Shown: positions 58,408 to 64,000 of the stretch, one piece after another
Numbering within the stretch: the first letter of the stretch is position 1
Layout: every line of letters begins with the position of its first letter
Assembly: GCA_964456235.1 (NCBI GenBank)
Contig: CAYWDX010000002.1
Span: 14,061-78,060, forward strand
DNA: 64,000 bases
Direction: 5' to 3'
From: an uncultured Candidatus Saccharibacteria bacterium
Lineage (GTDB): Bacteria > Patescibacteriota > Minisyncoccia > UBA6257 > 2-01-FULL-56-20
Notes under the pieces: generated by a model
The model's database searches: none
What the model was told of the DNA's origin: nothing
The model's input: only the letters and a program-made list of their open reading frames with translations
Made by a program: the position numbers and the translations under genes

Positions 58408-59340
58408 CTAGGCATGTCCCATCCGGCGGCGCCGTGAGCGCGTCATAAATCGCCAAATGAGGAAGAGAGCGATCAACCCGCCCGCGAAGTAGACCCAATT
58501 ATTTTTTACAAATGCGATGACCTTGCTAGTCGGGGAAAGCGAACCCGCCGGAAGCACGTGGAAAATGGTGCGCGTGCTCGCAATCACCTGGCTATTTTTA
58601 TAGAAAACGACGTTCCCCCAGTAATCACCGACTCCCAAATGAAAGTCGGTCGGGAACTCAATGGTGTATTCGTCGATGGTGAAGGCGGGCGTCTGCGGGA
58701 AGCCATCCTGCTTCGTCATGTAGGCAAGCCGGACGGCGCCAAAGTGGTCGTAGAGGTCAAAGGTCGCCGAATCGAATCCTTCAGAAATATTGCCGTCATT
58801 TTGGAAACGCACGGTCGCGCGCGGATTCCATCCCTCTTCGATGTCAGAAAGTGTTATAAACGGGACTTTATAGCTTTCGTACACGCCATTGCCGACGGTC
58901 AGATTGATGGCCACGTTCGCACCGAGCGAGATCGCAACCTGGCCAGTGCTCGCCGGCTCGGTCGTGAATACGAGATTTCCGGAATATTTTCCGAGACCGG
59001 CGCTCTTGGGAACCGCCACCGACACGACGACCGGGAACTGGCGGGTTCCGGCAGGGATGATGAAATTAAATCCTTTGTCGATCGTGATCCAGTCGCGAAT
59101 GGCGTCGGGGACATTGAGTGTGGCGGCGATGCCAATGTCGGCATTGGGCTGGTCCTGCACCAAATAAATAGTTTCCCGGTACGTTACGCCCGGCGTGAGG
59201 TGATCAGTATTCAAAAATGGCGGTGAAATACCGAATGCAGCCAGAGTGCTGGCTGGCGTGGCGAGCAGGAAAGCTATCCCCGCAAAAAGCGCTACCGACA
59301 AAGGCACACTATACCGTTGGAGAAGCGGCACTGATTGCAT
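58408..59340 (-). CDS. Exported two-domain beta protein with C-terminal TM (DUF916/chaperone-like)
   Basis: Signal peptide, FGISPP, FQNDGN, C-terminal TM plus basic tail. Confidence 0.65.
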   Translation of the reverse strand: MQSVPLLQRYSVPLSVALFAGIAFLLATPASTLAAFGISPPFLNTDHLTPGVTYRETIYLVQDQPNADIGIAATLNVPDAIRDWITIDKGFNFIIPAGTRQFPVVVSVAVPKSAGLGKYSGNLVFTTEPASTGQVAISLGANVAINLTVGNGVYESYKVPFITLSDIEEGWNPRATVRFQNDGNISEGFDSATFDLYDHFGAVRLAYMTKQDGFPQTPAFTIDEYTIEFPTDFHLGVGDYWGNVVFYKNSQVIASTRTIFHVLPAGSLSPTSKVIAFVKNNWVYFAGGLIALFLIWRFMTRSRRRRMGHA

Positions 59341-59370
59341 TGCGATAGGCTTACTATATCACACGACCAC

Positions 59371-60282
59371 CTAGGTGTGGAAGACAGCGGTGAAGGTCGT
59401 TGTCGCGGTGTAGCTGCCCGTCGCCGTTCCTGCGGGGACGGTCAAGCCCCAGAAAAGATTTTGTGAAACGTTTGTGGTCGAAGTCGGCGATGTGAGAAGG
59501 AATCCGGCGACCGAGACCGCACTGTCGGTAAGCGCCGTGTCACTGCCGTTGCCAAAAGTGAAGCTCGAAGTTGCGTAGTGCTGGGAAGTGGTCGCGAATT
59601 GGTTGGATCCCGACTTAAACTCCGTGCCGCTGATGTTCAAACTGGTCGACGAATTCCCGGCATTCGCAACGGTCGTTGTCTGGTTTGTTGCACCGGTCGT
59701 AGAGCTTGCTGCCTGCGTCCCATAAGCAATCGACGAAGTCGTGATGTTGATAGCGTTTAAGGTAAGAAGTGACGTGGTGGCGGAGCTTGCCGTACTCGTC
59801 GCGCCGGCAGGGTCGGTAAAGTTGATCGTGGCTGTCCAGCTGTCAGAAGAAAAACTCGAGGACGCGTCCGTCGCATCGGCAAAATACTGCAAGTTGAAGG
59901 TGGTCGTCGTGTTCACCGAGGTCGTGGTACACGTGCTCGACGCCGTGAATGCGGATGCGGTGTAACAACTCCGGTTACTCGCCGTGCAGCCGGAGCCGGC
60001 AGCGGTCCGGTAGAGCACGATCGTTTCAGTGCCATTCTGAATATCGGTGCAGCCATTGTTGTCAGAAATAATTGCCGAAACACTAATTGCCTTCGTGGTA
60101 TTCGCAGTAAGTATGATGCTCGCTCCACCCCCGTTCAAGTTAACCGAAGTCACGGTCGGCACCGCGTTGCCAATCGTCACCAAGCTGTTTATGGGACCGC
60201 TCACGGCCAACACCAAGCCACCAACCATAAAAATGCCGGTTAAGATGATAGCCGAAGGAATACTCAACTTGCTTTCTCTCAT
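59371..60282 (-). CDS. Secreted Ser/Thr-rich beta protein, putative fibre subunit (WxL/SCPU-like C-terminus)
   Basis: Signal peptide; ends FWGLTVP..GSYTATTTFTAV; paralogous to the C-terminus of the upstream gene. Confidence 0.72.
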   Translation of the reverse strand: MRESKLSIPSAIILTGIFMVGGLVLAVSGPINSLVTIGNAVPTVTSVNLNGGGASIILTANTTKAISVSAIISDNNGCTDIQNGTETIVLYRTAAGSGCTASNRSCYTASAFTASSTCTTTSVNTTTTFNLQYFADATDASSSFSSDSWTATINFTDPAGATSTASSATTSLLTLNAINITTSSIAYGTQAASSTTGATNQTTTVANAGNSSTSLNISGTEFKSGSNQFATTSQHYATSSFTFGNGSDTALTDSAVSVAGFLLTSPTSTTNVSQNLFWGLTVPAGTATGSYTATTTFTAVFHT

Positions 60283-60317
60283 TACTAGTATTGTAACAAA
60301 AACGAGGTTTTATCTGG

Positions 60318-60326
60318 TGTGGATAA
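60318..60326 (-). promoter_or_regulatory. Perfect DnaA box
   Basis: TGTGGATAA (reverse complement TTATCCACA) in the 44-bp intergenic gap. Confidence 0.45.
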
Positions 60327-63300
60327 CTACTGGCTCCAAACGGCCGTGAATGTCGTTGTGGCAGTATAGGTGCCGGTGGGCTTGCCGGTCGGCACCGCGA
60401 TCCCCCAGAAAACGTTGCTTTGGACGGCGTTTGAGCTCGTTGGCCCAACCAGCAAGAATCCCGCGACACTTAATGCAGTATCGGAAATTGCGGTGTCGCT
60501 CCCGTTATTTACGGTGAAGCTGGAGGTGGCAAAATGTTGGGAACTCGTGGCGAGCGTATCACTCCCCTTCACAAAGGCGCTGCCGGTAAGCTGGAGCGTC
60601 GTTGAGCAGTTGCCCACCACTTGCACGGTGGTCGTGATACTACCGCCGGACGTTGAACTGGGAGTAAGCGTTCCGTAGGCAATAGAAGAGGTCGTGATGT
60701 TGAGTGCGAGGAGCGTTTGAAGTTCCACCGTTGGACTCGTCGTCGCGCCGGTTGCGTCTGCCGCATCGTGCACGGTGATCACCGCCGACCAGGTATCACT
60801 ATTAAACGTAGAAGAGGCATCGGTTGCTTGCGCGAAATAATAAATATCCGCCGAGCAGCTGACGGTGCTGGTTGAACCTGAAAAGCTGCAACTCGAACTC
60901 GCAATCTGATAACAATTTTTATTATCAGCCGTGCACGTCGAGCCCAGAGCGGTCCGGTAGATAGTTGAGGTTGCGTATTTAATATCGCCCGGCCCATCCG
61001 CATCAGTGGTTGATGCAACAACCGTAATCGTCGCCGTAGTATTCGGCGAAAGGACGATGTTGGAGTTGCCGTTCAATTTCGCATTAGAAACGGTCGGTGC
61101 CGAGTTCGCGTTCGGTGTCACCGGGCTGCCGGATGGCACCACGCCCGGGCTGTAGTTGATGCGCGAATCAGAAGTAAAAATCTTATACGAATATGCCGTA
61201 CCGTTCGTAAGGCCCGTGTCGGTGCAGCCGGTTGCCGCCGAATTCACCACGCATGCGACTGTGCTCGTGCCGATCGTGTTACCAACAGCATAGTTCGTAC
61301 CGTCAGATGGAGATTGCGTCACCGTGGAGGTCGCGCGTAAGACCGTCGTCGTCGAAAAGTCGCTGTCGCCCGGATTTGTCCAGCTCAAAGTCACTTGGCC
61401 ATTGCCGCCAGTCGCGGTCGCTCCCGCCACGTCGGCTGGCGCCTTATTGTCAATAGTAATTGGGCTCGAAGTCGTGTTCCCGCCAGCTTGATCCAAGCTT
61501 TTACTGTCGGTCCATGCAGAAACCGTCGAGGTCACGACATATTGCGTGTCCGGTGGGTTTGGCATTGAGGCATATGAAAGCGGTTTCACCATGACGTTAA
61601 AGGTGGTGGCGGTTGTCGAGACGTTCATGTTCGTCGTCGTAACATTCAACGACGTGGAAGCCGGATTCGTACTCGAACCGTACACGGTTGCGCCGGTACT
61701 GTCGGTCACAATAAATTGAGAGACACCGGTGGTTGTTGCAACGGTAAGAGTAAGATTCGATATCGAACTCGTACCGAAATTCGTCTGGAAGGTGAAGACG
61801 GTACCCGTTGCAGAATTCGCACTCGGAGCGATGGTTTGGGCGGCGGGCTGGGTTCCATCACCGAGCGTGATGGTGACGGGCGTGTATACAATCACGATAA
61901 GACCCTGAATTCCTGATCCTCCCGTTGAGCCGCTGCCGCGGCCGCCGCCGCCGCCACCGCCATAATTGCCGCCGCTCGCACCCGCCACGCCGTTCGCGTT
62001 TCCGCCACCACCTCCACCACCCGACCCCGCCGTCCCACCCCCGGGATTCGCCGTCCATTCAGTACCGTTTCCACCGGCGGTGGCGGGGTTGCCCGTCGAT
62101 CCACCAGCACCGCCGCCATTACCAGTGCCGCCATCACCAGCGCCACCGACCACTCCGCTGCCGCCAGCGTTTGTACCATTACCACCAGCGGCATGATACC
62201 CAGCTGCACCACCACCACCGGCGCCGTTCGTAGTGTTCGTGGTAGTGCCGTTGCCACCAGTACCTCCAATAAATTTCGTGCTGCCAACGCTCGTCGAAGT
62301 TGCTCCGCCGCTACCAGCCGTGCCAGGGTTTCCAGCAAGCGCGCCGCCTCCTCCCTTCGCACCGACCACGACCGAGGTACTTGCGATGCCGCCGCAGTTG
62401 GTAGTTGCACTACAAAACCAGGTATCGCCACCTGTCGTTGACGCGGCGCCCCCGGCACCAACGTGAACGCCGGCGTTGGTCCCAATCGTGAGCGTGGTAC
62501 TCGCATTGGTCGTTTTCGCGTACGCCCCACCGCCACCGCCCGCAGCGCCTTTACTGGTACTGCCGGTGTTCTTCGTTCCGCCGCCGCCGGCACCAATCAC
62601 CTCAATACTACTCGAAGAGTTATTCCAATCGTTCGGAACCGGCCACGACGTCGAAGCGGTCGAGGTGATAAAAATAACAGTATCCGTAATAGCGTCTGAT
62701 GCAATCTGCCATTCACGTGATTCCTGCCAGCTGCCGATCTGGAACGGACCGAGGCGATAGAGCTCCGGGCTCACATTGGGACCCTTCCAGGAATACGAGA
62801 CCAGAGTGGAACTCCCATGGCGTAGATTCACATTCCAGGTAATCGTTTGCGTGTCGCCGGAAATAGCTTTGGTGCCACCCTGGTTCGGCATCACATCAAA
62901 AGAAGCCGGCACAGTTTCGACGACCGGCCCAGAATAATCGGCGTTCGCCTTGATGTTAAACACCATCGTATACCAGACCGGCGGGAAGATGCGGGTTGGG
63001 CCAACGCGCTCCACGTCGAAGGAGGGCTGCGCCTGCCCCTGAAATTGATCGTCAATACTGTGCGTACCATTGATCGTCGTTGCCGTAATGGAAACGCGGT
63101 AGACTCCCTGCTCCGCCACTTGCATGTGCGCAGTGTAGTCAGGATTATTGGTCACCGTCCCCGGCCCGCAGCTCGCGCTCCGAACGATTGTCCGATTGCT
63201 GGTGGAAAAATGTCGAAGCGCGCCCGATGGCGCCGTCACGTCCATATCGATTGCCGCGTTGCAAACCGTTCGGCCGGCATCGTCAAGGACGCCAAAGCCG

Positions 63301-64000
63301 ATCTTCGCTACATCGTCAAGGGTGTAAATCGATTTATTGAAGTTCACCGCGAGGACGCCCCAATTGAAATTGCTTTCGGTCATATAAATTGTCCCGTTCT
63401 GCCAGATGAGAAGTTTCAAGGTATAAGCGCCCGGACGGAACACGCGGCCAGGCGTAGGCAGTATCACGCGCAAGTTGCCGCCGGTGACAAGCGTTGCCGC
63501 CTGAAGGTTCGTTGGTTGGGCATCCGGCCCAAGGATCTGCGTCACGATGGTGTTATTCGCATCGGGCAACGCCTGCAGATTGGGCGCAGTTTGGGCATGG
63601 GCGCGAATGCCAAACAATCCGAATAAAGCGAGCGCCGCCTTTTGTGCGGGCTCGAGGAAGGAACTCGGTGAACTGGCTGGCGTCACGTCTGGCGGCGAAG
63701 AAGTCGCCGCAGGTTCAGGCGGAGCGGGCAGCGCGTTCAAATCAAAGTCGAATGCGGGCGCCTCATTCGCTTTAAAATCCGTCCTATCGTTTACCGGCAC
63801 CGGCTGCGCGCCAGGAGGAAGAACCAGCACCGGCGCATTCACATCGCCACTATTCTGCTGGCCGATATCAAGCGAGGGCAATGACGGCGCCACCTCGTAG
63901 TGTGTTTCAATGAACATCCCGTCGAGCAAAACGCGCGGAATCTGTGTGAGTACGGTCGGAGTCCCTTCGATCTTTACCTGTAATTTTTTGAGATCATCCC
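60327..64000 (-). CDS. Very large surface protein (>1220 aa; 5' end outside the window): Ig-like, glycine-rich, FN3 and fibre-subunit-like domains
   Basis: Frame open to the window end; GAGGGG-rich block, VTLSWTNP FN3, C-terminal ~260 aa similar to the 59371-60282 product. Confidence 0.82.
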   Translation of the reverse strand, partial: DDLKKLQVKIEGTPTVLTQIPRVLLDGMFIETHYEVAPSLPSLDIGQQNSGDVNAPVLVLPPGAQPVPVNDRTDFKANEAPAFDFDLNALPAPPEPAATSSPPDVTPASSPSSFLEPAQKAALALFGLFGIRAHAQTAPNLQALPDANNTIVTQILGPDAQPTNLQAATLVTGGNLRVILPTPGRVFRPGAYTLKLLIWQNGTIYMTESNFNWGVLAVNFNKSIYTLDDVAKIGFGVLDDAGRTVCNAAIDMDVTAPSGALRHFSTSNRTIVRSASCGPGTVTNNPDYTAHMQVAEQGVYRVSITATTINGTHSIDDQFQGQAQPSFDVERVGPTRIFPPVWYTMVFNIKANADYSGPVVETVPASFDVMPNQGGTKAISGDTQTITWNVNLRHGSSTLVSYSWKGPNVSPELYRLGPFQIGSWQESREWQIASDAITDTVIFITSTASTSWPVPNDWNNSSSSIEVIGAGGGGTKNTGSTSKGAAGGGGGAYAKTTNASTTLTIGTNAGVHVGAGGAASTTGGDTWFCSATTNCGGIASTSVVVGAKGGGGALAGNPGTAGSGGATSTSVGSTKFIGGTGGNGTTTNTTNGAGGGGAAGYHAAGGNGTNAGGSGVVGGAGDGGTGNGGGAGGSTGNPATAGGNGTEWTANPGGGTAGSGGGGGGGNANGVAGASGGNYGGGGGGGRGSGSTGGSGIQGLIVIVYTPVTITLGDGTQPAAQTIAPSANSATGTVFTFQTNFGTSSISNLTLTVATTTGVSQFIVTDSTGATVYGSSTNPASTSLNVTTTNMNVSTTATTFNVMVKPLSYASMPNPPDTQYVVTSTVSAWTDSKSLDQAGGNTTSSPITIDNKAPADVAGATATGGNGQVTLSWTNPGDSDFSTTTVLRATSTVTQSPSDGTNYAVGNTIGTSTVACVVNSAATGCTDTGLTNGTAYSYKIFTSDSRINYSPGVVPSGSPVTPNANSAPTVSNAKLNGNSNIVLSPNTTATITVVASTTDADGPGDIKYATSTIYRTALGSTCTADNKNCYQIASSSCSFSGSTSTVSCSADIYYFAQATDASSTFNSDTWSAVITVHDAADATGATTSPTVELQTLLALNITTSSIAYGTLTPSSTSGGSITTTVQVVGNCSTTLQLTGSAFVKGSDTLATSSQHFATSSFTVNNGSDTAISDTALSVAGFLLVGPTSSNAVQSNVFWGIAVPTGKPTGTYTATTTFTAVWSQ

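Noticed and set aside
1-64000. Alternative genetic code (UGA recoding as in Gracilibacteria/Absconditabacteria)
   Set aside because: Conserved genes are full length under the standard code and several end in TGA.

Overview
Gene-dense bacterial chromosomal segment (standard genetic code). Gene content and style point to a Patescibacteria/CPR (Parcubacteria-like) genome; this is inference from the short DnaX and EF-Ts, cohesin/dockerin surface proteins, type IV pilus cluster, stand-alone VirD4/TraD-like ATPase, ComEC and near-leaderless genes. Most of the window is housekeeping (msrA/B, ABC exporters, dnaX, scpAB, mraY, rpsB-tsf, secDF, trmD, ftsW-murG-gltX, murC, typA, rpmA, rplI, def-fmt, tRNA-Gln, tRNA-Tyr). 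The standout is a ~700-nt non-coding unit (7536-8265) with its own sigma70-type promoter and intrinsic terminator. It contains seven GNRA-capped hairpins, nested long-range helices and three loop-loop complementarities, making it a candidate large 'ornate' structured ncRNA (GOLLD/ROOL-like in size, family unassigned). Other leads: a second rod-like RNA (13311-13440), an AT-rich wHTH+HEPN-like islet between imperfect direct repeats next to tRNA-Gln, an MNT-like orphan after tRNA-Tyr, and a six-gene adhesin/fibre-subunit/dockerin/cohesin surface cluster at the right end. All domain calls and base pairings were made by eye, without databases or folding software.
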